A stretch of DNA of 64,000 nucleotides from Eledone cirrhosa (Eukaryota). A program made the translations under genes and the position numbers. The stretch covers positions 320,788,001 through 320,852,000 of the forward strand of contig OZ024740.1 of the NCBI GenBank assembly GCA_964016885.1. Reading direction: 5' to 3'. Shown here in pieces: positions 35,881-48,710 of the stretch (its first letter is position 1; each line of letters begins with the position of its first letter). The notes under the pieces are model-generated. The model worked only from the letters and a program-made list of their open reading frames with translations, had not been told where the DNA came from and ran no database searches.

Positions 35881-36690
35881 AGAGGGCTGGTGGCTAGCAG
35901 GAGCGACGACACTCTTGGCGATTCCCTAGGCATGGAGGAAAATGAACTGGCCAGCCTGTTCGGTAGGACATTCGGCCCGGGACCCATGGATAACTTCCAG
36001 GGGTCCTTGGCCTGGCAGTTCTACCGAGGGGCCCTACCCGTTCGGGAAAGGCTCTACAGACACGGATTCCGGGACGGAAACCCCTTGGAAAAGAAATGTC
36101 CCAGATGCGTTTGCAACGAGGAAACCGTTAAGCACGCATTAGTACAATGTCCTGGCATTGCCGATCTGTGGGGATATGTCGCCGGCCAACAAATGGTCCT
36201 CTTCCGATACCACTTCGAAAGGAGAATCAAGGTGGAGAGAAAGGCACTCAGTCCCAGCCAATTCCATGAAAGATGGGTGAAAGTAGCAATAATTGTTTCT
36301 ACTTTAGGCACAAGGCCAGCAAAAACCCAGTGCATTACTGGTACTTTATTTTATCGACCCCGTAAGGATGAAAGGCAAAGTCAACCTCGGCGGGATTTGA
36401 ACTCAGATCGTAAAGGACGTAACTATGCGGGAAAGCATGGCGTCCGACCCTCTACCGATACTGTAGCAATAATGGCCCGTGTAAGTGGGCCATCTCTCTA
36501 TATCGGCTTGTGCAGGTAAGAGAAGAAGGGAGCACCCCCCTCTCTCTGTGCTCCCTGGCAGAAAGGTCGCACACTTTCTACGGGGGTGTGTGTGACCCCA
36601 AAAGGCTGCCTCTCTATTGAGGACTTAATTTTTTATATTCCTTTTTAATCACTCGTTAAATGTTTACTTGATTTTTGTAAAAACTTCCCC
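35881..36690 (+). mobile_element. Tx1/L1-type LINE 3' end (C-terminal zinc knuckle plus 3' UTR)
   Basis: LAWQFYRGALPVRERL...CPRC..NEETVKHALVQCP (zf-RVT-type motif). Confidence 0.82.
36294..36462 (-). mobile_element. SINE family A inserted in the Tx1 fragment
   Basis: 11-bp TSD GTAGCAATAAT at 36283 and 36463. Confidence 0.9.
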
Positions 36691-37661
36691 CGTCTAACAT
36701 TCTGAGTTCAAACTTTGCCGTTTATCCTCTCGGGGGTCAATAAAACAAAGGGTAAATTTATAGAAAAACACTAGCTGGGGTTCTTAAGAAATTATCATTG
36801 GTAATTTTTTACAATTATACCCGTCTCGTATTGGAGATGAAATTTCCTTTTTTCTGTTTTTGATGTGTTTTAAACGGATCTAACCGTCGGAAAGCACTCG
36901 TTTTTTTTTAAACAAGGAGGGGAGAGGAGAAAACACCCCCGAACTTTATAATTACGCTCGTCCTACTTTGGGAGTGAAAGTTTTATTTATTTATTATTTT
37001 TTTATAGTTTTAGATATTTTCAATGAATCTGACCTTTCAGAACCGCCGGAAATTCTTTTTTTCTTCTTTCTTTCACAGGCTGGGGGCGTACTCAACTCCA
37101 AGGTTATAACAAATCTGCTACTTTTTAAACTGGAGAAATTAGGTCTTGATCTGAATAAAGTGTCTATGTACACTGCTGACATCATCATTGTTTTTACGTC
37201 GACTTTTCCATATCTGTATGGGTTGGACGGGACTTTTTGAGGTAGTTTCACAGTCAAATGCCCCCCTTTTGACTCCAACTTATTTACTCTCTTCTTACAA
37301 GTGTTTATCAAAACCTGAAAATTGCTTTAAAAAAAGATAAAACACGTTTCATTTAGATTAAATCATCGGGGTTATGACTTTAGTAATTAATCTAGGTCTT
37401 CAATTAAAGATTTATTCATTATATAAATTGTATTCAACAAGTCAATGGTATGTATTAAAAAAATGTTGGGGAAGGCTTGCACAGTCAATCATATGTACAA
37501 GAGTCGGTGGACTCCCACTGATGATTTTTTAAGCAAACCAACAGACGGCATTGCCATGAATGATAGTGTGTGTGCATGTTAGTGTGTATATAGGTATATT
37601 TTTCTGTTTAATCAAAAAACCCTTTTTTCTTACTCTTTTACAGGCTGTTCAACTTAATAGA

Positions 37662-38345
37662 ATGACCGCACAAGTAGCTCATTGCTATAGGTCTTTCAGT
37701 TTTCGAGCATTCAAGGGACCTTCATGTTTAATTTATTATCAAAGAACTCTACTTCTATATCAACTTAACCGTTTTAAGCATTCTCAGCTTTCTACTCCAG
37801 TCTTACCAACATTTATTCATGCAAAAAATTATCTGGAAAGAGTTGCTCTTGTTGACCAGAATGGGCATTTTAGATACAAAGACATTCTTCATTACAGTGC
37901 ACTTCTATCAAAAAGAATTAAAGACAAACTTGGCTGCTCTGAAAAATCTTGCGACAGATTACGGGTAGCATTTCTTTGTGAGAATGATTTGTCATATGTC
38001 ATATCAAAATGGGCGACTTGGATGACTGGTGCAGCAGCTGTACCTCTTTGTAAAACACATCCTGTTAAAGAAATTTGTTATTTTATAGAAAACTCTGAAT
38101 CTTCGATTGTTATTTTTAGTGAAGAATTCAAAGGTCTAATTAATGAAATAGAACAAAACACAGGGATTCAAACGTTACTTTTAAGCAAAGATGACTACCT
38201 CCATGACTATGATCCATGCCAAAATTATTGGTTAACTGAATGTAAAGAGTTGAATAAAAAATTTGAAGTAATGCTCAAAGTAAACCAGTTCAAAAACCAA
38301 CCAGCATTGATTATTTATACCAGTGGTACAACTGGGAAACCGAAG
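37662..38345 (+). CDS. ACSF3: ACSF3 coding exon 1
   Basis: Acceptor ttttacag (exon starts 37644), ATG 37662, ends [12 protein letters not shown]|gttagt. Confidence 0.92.
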
Positions 38346-41300
38346 GTTAGTTTTATATTAATTTCATATAGGCAATCTTTTATCTGTTAGTTGCTTACTC
38401 ATCATTTCATCATCATTTTAACGTCCACTTTCCTTGCTAGCAAGGGTTGAATGGGTCTACATAAACTCAGTCAGTACTGAAGCGGTGGTTATTGATCTCC
38501 CAGAAAAGCCAGTCATCTGTCATCTCGCTTATGTACGATCTCATTCATATTTCATCATCATTTAATGTCCTTTTCTCCGTGCTGGCATAGGTAGAATTTA
38601 TCATTGCAGGCCAACGCAGCACATGATTGGAGCCACTGTCCTCAGAGATGGCAACTTCAATCAACTCAAGACTGCATTGTTTAAAAACAATTAGATCATT
38701 TCGAGCTGTAGGAGTTTGCTCCCTTGTTTTTCATTGCAGTTTCAGTCTTGAAATGGCAAGGATAGTCTAAGTTAATTGATGTTTTTTTTTTCCACCTGTG
38801 AGACGCTATTTGTAATGTATACCTATTTTTAGATTACGCCCTTTGGGCATTTTCACCTCAACTCTGTTCACTCTCTGTCGCTCTCTTTCACACATACAAT
38901 TTTTGTCACAATCTGAAATGTAAATGACAATTTTCCAATGCTTTGAAACCATGTACTGATTAAACTATATTTGTTGTTGTTCCAGGGTGTGGTGTTAACT
39001 CATGGCAACTTACATGCTCAAATAGAAGCTATGATACACTGCTGGGGGTGGACAAAGAATGATGTCATTTTACATGCGTTACCACTACATCATGTTCATG
39101 GTATCGTTAATGTCCTTATGACGCCATTCCATTGTGGTGCCACTTGCGTCATGCTGACTAAATTTGACCCACAAACGGTAATTGTTATTTTAAATTAATT
39201 TCAGCTGGTTGTTTATATGTGTTGTTAGACTGAGCTGACAGGGAAGTAATTTTTGTTACTGTTTCTCTTTCTGTTTCTACGTTATGTGATAGGCCCGGCG
39301 CTGTTTGTTTGTTTTCACTATTTTAACCTCTACTGGTGGAACATGTGAATTGTAGTTCTTTCACATTCTGAAGTCAAATTCTGCCAAGATTATTAGCTTT
39401 GCTTTTCATCCCTAGTGTGCTAAAGCCATAAACAAAGTTTTGTATCACAGAGCCAGGGCTCCATTTCAGATGGTTTGATATCTAAAGGTTTAATCAGACT
39501 GTACTGTCACTTTCATTACAGCCACACTCAAACAAGAGAGATGCTCTATATTTGTTTGCTGAAGCGAAACTTAACATCAAAATTCTTTTCTCCACTTTCT
39601 ATTTAGGGTCCATAAAAATAATTAAATATTCATTTACTTTATTTGAAAAATCTACTGTGATCTGTTTCATACTTCCTTGGATTCATTTTGTTCACAGCTT
39701 TTCCTAGCACTTAAGTCATATCACATTTCTGTTGATGAAACTTTCATTTAGTACAGTCTAGTAGATGACATGATAAAATACCTTTCTAGCACTAGGTTTA
39801 TTTTAGCAGAGAGATTGAGTGTGTTATCTTTCTGTTTCTTATATTTAACCCCCTAGATATGAAAATCACTGCAAACCTCAGTGAGATTTGAACTTGGAAC
39901 AGTGTTGCAAATGAATTCTCCCAGTAAAGAACCAGACTATATATTTTTCAGAATTATTATACTTGTCTAGTTTTATACAATTTTTATCGCTTTACTGCCA
40001 TTCTTACCTGCAAATATTATTTGGAAATTGGATCTTCAAAAACAAGTATTTGTCGAAATAATTATACTTAATGCTTTTACTGAACAAGTTCTTGTTTAGC
40101 TTGGGTTTGCTCCAACTGAACTGACCCAAAGACATTCCAGTCATAGTTACATTATCCCATTTTAGGATGATAGTGTGATTTGAAGGAGATTTGGCTATTA
40201 TTTCTAGCAAGTTCAGTGAGCACACATAGACTCTCCCATTGGCTCACCTGTCTGCTTTGCTGGAGCTGTAATACTACTCTAAGCTTCTATATAAAATATT
40301 ATCAAAATGTTAGTGAAGGTTTCACATACTTGTTACCAATCATAGAGAAATTGTCAGAAAGATAAGAAACCTACCTGACACTTGTGTTTTCTTTTCATTG
40401 CCATTTAAGTAAATGTATTTTCTTGTAGTGACATTATTTTTGACAAGTAAAAAATAACATGAATTGGTCTTCATATTTATAACAATGTTAGTCACATTAT
40501 CTCATAATATTGTCCCTTACATATATATACAAACACGTGTAAAAGTAATAGCGGTTTATATGGGCTTCTCATATAAACAAATGATGACATGGTGTTCGGC
40601 AGATAGATTATTGAAGATGCAGAATTGAGAAATATGGAATAATGTTATGTATCATACTTGTTCAACTTGTACCACCACAAGAAAATGGAGTCAAAAAAAA
40701 AATAGAGCTGAAGATGATGATAGCAACTGGATGAGTGTCAGGTAGCTATTGTTGCATGACTATTCTTATATAATTCAGAACACTTATAAAGAAGGAATTA
40801 TATTTCAATAAACATACTCCTGTTCTTTTGCTACTATAATTCTAGGTTTGGTCTCGACTGCTAAACCCTATTGGAGCCAATGATGGTTTGAGAATTAATT
40901 TATTCATGGCTGTGCCCACAATTTATGCCAAACTGATTGAAAACTATGAATCAAATATACGGAATAGCCAAGAAAATATGTACATGGGAACATTTATCAA
41001 AAACACCTGTCAGAATCGTATCAGGTAAACAAAAAATACCTTGTACTTCGTCATCCTTTAATCATCATTTAAACTCCATTTTTCATGCTAGTTAGAGTTA
41101 GACAGGCCGCCACAGACCAAGTCTAATAGAGACCACCGATCTCTCAGATTTACATGTTCCTGCACTCTAGTGTTCACTGGGTTCATTTTATTGTGGCACT
41201 AGCTCTAAGGAAGTCCCCATGTGTTCACAGTTGAAGAGCGCTCACAACAGGATAACCCATCTAACCCACGCCAGTGTTGAAAAATGGACGTTAAATGGTG

Positions 41301-44300
41301 ATGATGATTGTTTTGAACAAATCATTTAAGCTGTCCATAGTCTTGAGTTCATTGATATTAATGCTCTTAGCTACACATCTGTATGAGGTAAATCTACAAT
41401 TCTGCTTTGCAATCAGTCTGTTAGCCGTCTCTAGAGTTATTTTCTTCAATAATTCATCTGCAGGAATGTAAATTTTCAAACACCATTTCATATTGACAGA
41501 AAATTCAATGAAAAATAGTAAAAATAAGAATTAAAGGAAGTGTTTGGAAATTCTGAGATTTTGTATTTGTTTTTCTTCTTTTAGGCTGATGGTCAGTGGC
41601 TCAGCATCATTGCCACAGCCGATCATGGAGAGATGGGAGGAAATGACTGGACACCGTTTGTTGGAACGATATGGCATGAGTGAAATAGGGATGGCTCTCA
41701 CTAATCCACTCGATGGACCCAGAATTCCAGGTCTATATTTTTTTACTCACTGCTGTGTGTGTGTGTGTGTGTGTGTGTGTGGTCATCATCACAATTTTAT
41801 ATTCATGTTCCGTGTTGGCATATGTCGAATGCACTTACATTCTAAGACTAGACAAGTTAGATGGACAGATCTTGTTTATACATTCCAGTTTGGAATAGTT
41901 TCTTTTACTGGATGCCCTTAATGCCAACCACTTTAAAGTGTGTACTGAATGCATTTGCTGTAACACCAGCACAAACTCTTTACAGAGTGGGCTGGGTGTA
42001 TTCCAGTGTAGCATTAGCACAAAGAAAATCTTTGGGTTTTTAGCCAGACAGATACTAGCTTGTGAGCATGGCAAGAGTGACACTTTAAAAGCAGTGGCAG
42101 CTACATACTACTTGCTGAGAGAGCCATCCCTCTGGGAAGGAAGGAAAATGGGTAAGAGCAAGTGCCATGTTGTGGAGGTGGCCTGAGATAGGCAGGATAA
42201 TTAGCAGTTGAATAGGGGGAAGGGAAGAGTTAGGTCGATAAAATAAGTGGGTACAGACAGGGCCATGATACTGATCTTTGTGTTGAGAGTGTATTTAGAT
42301 AGCAAGGGTGAGGGGTCTCATCTTGTTCACATGGGAAGGTGACATCATTTGTATGGTAAATCACCAGTCAACACAACCCTATGTCATATTCTGAGGTCCA
42401 ACTCCATGAGCTTAGCTTTCACCAAATTGTCCCATGTTTTCCTAGGTCTGTGTCTTTATAGGTATATTCGACTGTGTGCTCTGCACTTTTTATGCATTTC
42501 TCATCCTTCATATGCATCACATGACCATGCCAATGCAGTATTTCAAGTGTACTGCATCTGATCCCTCTCATACACAGTTTTTCTCCTAGCACATTGTTGC
42601 TTTGTCTTTCATAAACACTACTATTATACACCTATCAAAGTATGTTGCCTCATTTCTTTCCAGTTTTTGCATATATTTTCTCATGGTCCAGCAAGCAGCA
42701 TTGCAGTTCACACATAAGCATCATACAATCTGCCTTTCATTCTGAGAGAGAAGCCTTTTGTGGTCAGCAGATGTCATAACTGAACTTTTTTCCAATTAGT
42801 TATTTCTTTAGCTGCTGTATTTTCAGAACATCTACCTCCACTGCTATTTAGATCACCCAGATAGCAGAAGCTGTCAACTACTTCTAGCAAGCCATCTAAG
42901 CATATGAAAGAACCTGTTTCATGTGTGTTCTTGTTGCTTACTGAAACAGGAGTTGCTACTGGATTTAGGGTTACTTTAAGAGATGCTATCTTTTACTCTG
43001 TGGTATTAATCACAATATAAATAAGTTATTTTGATTTTATTGATGTCAGACTTAATGTAAATCTGACAAATTTGGCATTGTTTTATGAATGATTTTTCAG
43101 GTACTGTTGGCCAGCCGATGCCTTGGGTTGAAGTTTGCATTGCAAAACCAAATATTTATGCAAAATATAGTTATGATGTAATTGTTCAGGGAAATTCTTC
43201 AAAAGCTATCGTTTCTCAAGGTATGTATCTCTGCTACTTTGTTCCTTTTTATGAGAAATTGCTATAAAAATGTTTATTTTAGATTCGTGGTTATATTACC
43301 TTAACTGATGTAGTGCTTTCCCAAAACGGTACTATATTCAAGAATATTATTCATGTATTACTATAGTAGCTGGTCATGCTAGATTAGCGTCAGCATATTT
43401 AAAGGCATAGAAATATTTAAAAAGCCATTGACTAAATATTGTTTTGGAAAGTATGGGAGACAACTCCAGGCATATTTGCTTATTAACATTATAATTCGTG
43501 GTTGCTTTGTCTGATATTCTCTAAAAGTGCTTAATTGAATATCCAAAAATGTCATCATTCCTATTGTTTGTTATTGCTCAGTGAAGCACCTCATGACAAA
43601 GTAACATCATAATCATCATCATCTCAACATCTTCGTTTAAATCTTATATCTAATAAATATATATTAGTTTCACTAAAACACTTAAGATATTCCTGTCTCA
43701 ATGCCTTTAAAATGATGTTTGGCTATTTTATTTTATTTTTTTTTGCACCATATTTACAGATAAGTATTTACAGGACAGACAGATGGCCTTGCATTGTACT
43801 TTGAAAGTACTGAAATTAAAACTAAAGAAATCTGTCCAAATCTGTTGTGCTCTCTAAATAGGTGATTCATCAACTATGAAATTATTTTATCATCATCATC
43901 GTTTAGCATCCATTTTCTATGTTAGCATGGATTAGACGAGCTGTCCCATTGAGACAAGCCACATCCGAGGACTGTTTTGCTCACACAGAACTGATATTGG
44001 CTTGGTTTCTACAGCTGGATGCTCTTTCTAATGCCAACCACATTTACAGTGTGTACTGAGTGCTTTTTGTTGTGATACCCACGCAACCACTTTAGTGTTG
44101 ACTGGGCGTTTTTTGTCATGACACCTACACGACCACTTTACAGTGTGGACTTTACTTAATATATATTATTTATTTAATGTTTTTGAACTGATCCTTTGAT
44201 ATAACTTATAAACATCCCAATTACCAGGAATGGAGTCTGAACAGGGGGAGTTGTATGTACGAGGACCCAATGTATTTCATGAATATTTCCAACGACCTGA

Positions 44301-45730
44301 TGCTACAAAGAGAGCTTTTACAAAAGATGGATGGTTTAAAACAGGTAAGCCTGTTTTCTTAAAAAAAAAAATATATATATTTACTTTTTTAATCCAGGTT
44401 TCCATATTTTTCTTAAAGCAACTATTTTTCAAAGATAAATACTTTTCTACCTCCCTACCGCTCAACTCTGAAATAAATCTGGAGTTTATGAATTGGACAA
44501 AAACAAATGGCAAACTGTTATATTCCTTGCTCAGTAATACAGCACAACTATGGCATTTTGATTTGAACTAATGACCATGTAATTAGTAATCTACGATCTT
44601 TGCCTCATAATTGTTCCATTTCTTGCAACAGTCTTCTTGTGTATTTTGCATGATTACAAGAAATTTAATTTCCCCATAAAGAATTTATGTGTTAATACTA
44701 TTGTGGGTACATCTTTCTCAATGACCAAGAATTCTGACTATATATAATGACAAACACTTCATTAACAACTGTCAGTTAACCAATTTCTTACTCTTTCCTG
44801 CTGTTATAATGAAATTTTCTCATTAGCCATAGGAAATTTACTTGAGGTTGGTCATTCACAGATGTGGTTAATGACACACTAATAACAATCACTTATATTT
44901 CTTGTATCTTACAAAATCCCAAGATGGTCTGTTTTAATTTTTTATGTGCTTTTATGAAGGCCAAGCACTTGGTCTATTTCACAACAAAACATGTTATAGG
45001 GTCATTTGAGATATTAAGAAGGAAAACTATTTAGAAGTCTTTGAGTTAATGACCTCAGTGTATGTCAGCACTTTCTGACATCTATTGTGTATTTGAAAAC
45101 TAGACAGTCAGTATCAGTGTATTTTCAAACATTAGAAATCTATGCTGATTTGTAACAATTGCAATCTGAAGACTGACACTGACTGATGAAATAAGTGAAC
45201 CATCTCAAAATGTGATAAGTGATGTTTTAAATCTTTGTAATATGATATGAAACACTTATGACATAATTGTCATAAAATGTTTCTTTAAACTTTCATAAGT
45301 GACTCAACTATTGATACTTTTTAATATCTTTATTTTAGGTGACACAGTGATTTATGAAAATGGTGTTTATTCAATAATGGGCCGTACATCTGTGGACATT
45401 ATTAAGAGTGGAGGTTATAAAATAAGTGCTCTTTATGTAGAGCGTCACCTATTGTCACATCCACAAATTACAGATTGTGCTGTAGTAGGACTTCCTGATA
45501 TCACTTGGGGACAGCGTATTGCTGCTGTTCTTGTTCTCAAAGAAGGTTCTGAAGAAATGTCACTTGAGAGTTTACAGAAATGGGCTGAGAAACTTATGCC
45601 TTATTATCACATTCCTACAGTTGTGCGATATCTTAAGTCAATGCCTCGAAATGCCATGGGAAAAGTCAACAAAAAGGACATTTTTACAACTGTTTTCCCA
45701 GAGTTCAACAGGTCTTCAAGAAGTCTGTGA
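37662..45730 (+). CDS. ACSF3: Malonate-CoA ligase / acyl-CoA synthetase family member 3, mitochondrial (spliced, 7 coding exons, 609 aa)
   Basis: join(37662-38345,38986-39177,40846-41024,41585-41730,43101-43220,44228-44344,45339-45730) = 1830 nt, GT-AG and in phase. Motifs [74 protein letters not shown]; basic, acid-free N-terminus. Confidence 0.95.
38986..39177 (+). CDS. ACSF3: ACSF3 coding exon 2
   Basis: GVVLTHGNL...[17 protein letters not shown]...KFDPQT|gtaatt. Confidence 0.95.
40846..41024 (+). CDS. ACSF3: ACSF3 coding exon 3
   Basis: ttctag|VWSRLL...[17 protein letters not shown]...CQNRI|gtaaac. Confidence 0.93.
41585..41730 (+). CDS. ACSF3: ACSF3 coding exon 4
   Basis: [42 protein letters not shown]. 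Confidence 0.95.
42240..42930 (-). mobile_element. Degenerate RTE LINE 3' region
   Basis: GIRC...[17 protein letters not shown] and FCYLGDL remnants. Confidence 0.7.
43101..43220 (+). CDS. ACSF3: ACSF3 coding exon 5
   Basis: ttttcag|[14 protein letters not shown]...VSQ|gtatgt. Confidence 0.92.
44228..44344 (+). CDS. ACSF3: ACSF3 coding exon 6
   Basis: [15 protein letters not shown]...FTKDGWFKT|gtaagc. Confidence 0.95.
45339..45730 (+). CDS. ACSF3: ACSF3 last coding exon
   Basis: GDTVIYENG...[18 protein letters not shown]...[11 protein letters not shown]...TGA. Confidence 0.95.
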
Positions 45731-47289
45731 TAAATAATTTATTTTCATTATTTTTTCAACAAAAATTAGTTTAAAATAATTTTGAAAAAAAAAAAAAGAG
45801 AACACAGATTATAGTAATTTTCTTTTAATGACTATTATTGAATTATTACATTGATCCTTCCATGCTAGCATGGGTTAGACGGGACTTTTCAAAGAAATAT
45901 TTTACAGCCAGATGCCCTCTCTTGATAGCAGCCTTAGTTACTTATGATGCACAGTTATGGACACAGTGTACCTATTCTAAACCAGATACAGGATATAAGT
46001 GATCACTGGATGATGTTACTGGTATTTGACCACTGAATGGTGTGACTATTATTTCTATGTCACTGGTGTAGTGAACATTCAATGGCATAACTTTCACTAT
46101 TACCATGTTCATAGTTAATCAAGTAAAGCCTTCAGTAACATATCCAGCATGTTATCGTCATTATTACAATCTCCATATCTCCTTCAGTTACATATCCACC
46201 ACAATATGAAATACATTGTAACAAGCTGTATGTATAGTTTCAGTACTACGTAGTTTTCATATCAACACTAGCCCCAGAAATTATAATTGTTTCTACTTTT
46301 GGCACAAGGCCAGCAATAACCCAGTACATTACTGGTACTTTATTTTATTGACTCCGTAAGGATGAAAGGCAAAGTTAAACTCGATGTGCTTTATGTATTT
46401 CTATCATTGGTGTTGCAGTAAACACAGTGTGGTGTGAGTTGCAATGTCCATTGGGTAGGTTGACATAGACAGTAGTAACATAATAATATGGTTTTCAGTA
46501 TGAATGGTATTTCCAGTGTTGTAACTGGATATTAGATGTTCAGCTTGTATTCATTATAACAGGCTTTATAACAAGGTTTTGCATTACCATTTTTAGTGTA
46601 TCGGGTATGAAACTGTCTGCATTGTTAACAATGAATAACGTTTTTGCACTACACTTAGTGTTTACGTGTACATCAGCTGCAGACTTCAGTAATCCTAATC
46701 CAAGGTGTTCTGTTGGAGGTACTCCTCCCTGGTTAACCTCCACTGCTTCCTATCTCTGGTCATACTGAGGTATCTGGTCAGATTGTCATGCCATCTGGTC
46801 TTTGGCCACCTTTTAGTTCTTCTTCACTGCCTTGGTATCCACTCTGTCGCTGTAAGATGAGAGACATGACCAGTCCATCTATGTTTGCCCTTCTTGATGG
46901 TCTCAATTATGTCCTTCACTTTAGTCTATCAAATTCAGGTGTTGCGTCATTTTACTTTGGGCCACTACTTTGTTTTTTCTAAGGTTCTTTGTATTTGATT
47001 GATTTGAGTGCTTGTTGGATTAGTATAGTGTCTAAATCTCTACCATCTTTGCAAAGGACAAGATGCACTGGATAAGGCTTGAATATCATTGATCATATGT
47101 TTACTAAAAATTGGCATAGGTCTAAACAACTCCCAGACCAATCCCACATTCACTTTTTAATCTTTGAATTACTTCAACACTATGTTCTCTTTCTGTTTTC
47201 AAACTGCTCATTTTTGCCCTAACACCAACAGTCATTTATATTTCTTTTAATTCTCTCAACACACACACATATATACTCATTTGTTGTAA

Positions 47290-47780
47290 TATGGTGGCCA
47301 TCTTTCTCATTCTGCAGTTGAGATCCACTGCTGCTTAGAACCCTGCCCAGGTAGGTGAAGTGATTGACTTTGTCTAGTTCTTCTTGGTTTATCTTGATGT
47401 TACTTCTTGGCTGGTGTTGTTGCCCATCTTCATCACCTAGGTCTTCTTCGTGCTAATCCTCAACCCCATCTTGGCATTTTGCTGTTGTGATATAGCTACT
47501 GCAGGTCTGTACTAGTTTCTGGTATGAAGGTGGTGGTGTTAGCAAAATCCAGCTCCTTGAGCTTTGTCTATCCTCTCCATGGAATTCCTTGGCTGGATCA
47601 GTCAGTTCTTTACAAGACAATCAGCAATCAGTAAAAATAACAAGGGAGAGAAGATGCAACCTTGTCTGACTTCACAAACAATGTTCAAGAGCTTTGCTAT
47701 TCCAGATTCAGTCCTCACACAACATCTTAAGTTTGCATACAAGCTCCTGAAGGTATTGACAAAACTTTGCGGGATTCATT
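47290..47780 (-). mobile_element. Degenerate RTE-type LINE RT fragment
   Basis: Minus strand: VRQGCIFSPLLFLL, GLRISTKKT, VNHFTYLG. Confidence 0.65.
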
Positions 47781-48286
47781 GACAGAACGATGGTGCACGA
47801 CTTTTGGCTCATTGTATATCTTCCACATAGTGAGATGCAACGTCCACACGAAATTTCATGTGGCTTTTAGTGAATACAATAAAGGAATTCACAATAGTTA
47901 AATTCACTAAAAACTACAAAATATATCTCCACCATTTTTTTCCAGGTCGTCCAACTAGAGAATGTTGCCTCTTTTTTTTAATTTTGATAGTTATATTTTT
48001 TGAGGTAGCCCTTTGCAATTCCCCATTATTGTATTGGAACTTTATAGAGAGGATCGTAATTTGATTCATTTCTACTGGGGACATTTGAAGTATTGACCAG
48101 GTGCAAATACTGATTTAGTTTCAAATACCTGGTTTTTGGCATAACACTTGATATAATGTATAAGGGTCACTAAACCTTATATTAGTGCTCAGTAATTCCA
48201 CAGTCTTGGAAACTGCTTTATAATGAACATTATATTTATAGTAAAAAATGCTTGAAATTCTGCAGCATTTGTCAGTCGCCATAATA

Positions 48287-48710
48287 TTGGGTTGGCAAGA
48301 AAGTAATTTCCGTTTTTTAGTGTGAAATAAGTCATTTTTTTTTTCATACAAGGAATGAACTTTAATCAATTATTTATTTTCCATTTTCTTTGATGACCTT
48401 TTGCCATCTTTCTGGCAACTTCATGATTCCGCGCTCATAGAACTTCTGGTCCTTATAAGCCAAAAACTGAAGCAAGTGCGAATTCAGGTCACCATCATTA
48501 TTGAAGATTTTTACCATTCAAAGAATTTTGCGAACTTTTAAATAAATGGTAATCTGATGGTGCAAGGTCGGGGCTATATGGTGGATGTGACATCACTTCC
48601 TAACCAATCTCTAATAATTTTTCACGAGTTAGCAAAAACGTGTGGTCTAGCATTGTTGTGGTGGAACACGATACCTTTACGATTTGCTAATTCTAGCCGT
48701 TTTTCTTTGT
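48287..48710 (-). mobile_element. mariner transposon 3' part (mellifera-subfamily-like)
   Basis: TA-TTGGGTTGGCAAGAAAGTAATT TIR; minus strand HPPYSPDLAPSDYHLF...KDQKFYERGIMKLPERWQKVI. Confidence 0.88.

Noticed and set aside
35890-36519. 209-aa ORF as a novel gene
   Set aside because: Chimera of a Tx1 ORF2 end and an antisense SINE, delimited by a TSD.
37040-37130. Strong polypyrimidine tract/acceptor at 37078 as RMND5 exon 2
   Set aside because: Phase-1 continuation reads GWGRTQLQGYNKSATF-stop, with no RMND5 similarity and no convincing donor; it could still be a non-coding exon.
45713-45730. ACSF3 C-terminus SSRSL as a peroxisomal PTS1
   Set aside because: The terminal tripeptide is RSL, not [SAC][KRH]L, and the N-terminus looks mitochondrial.
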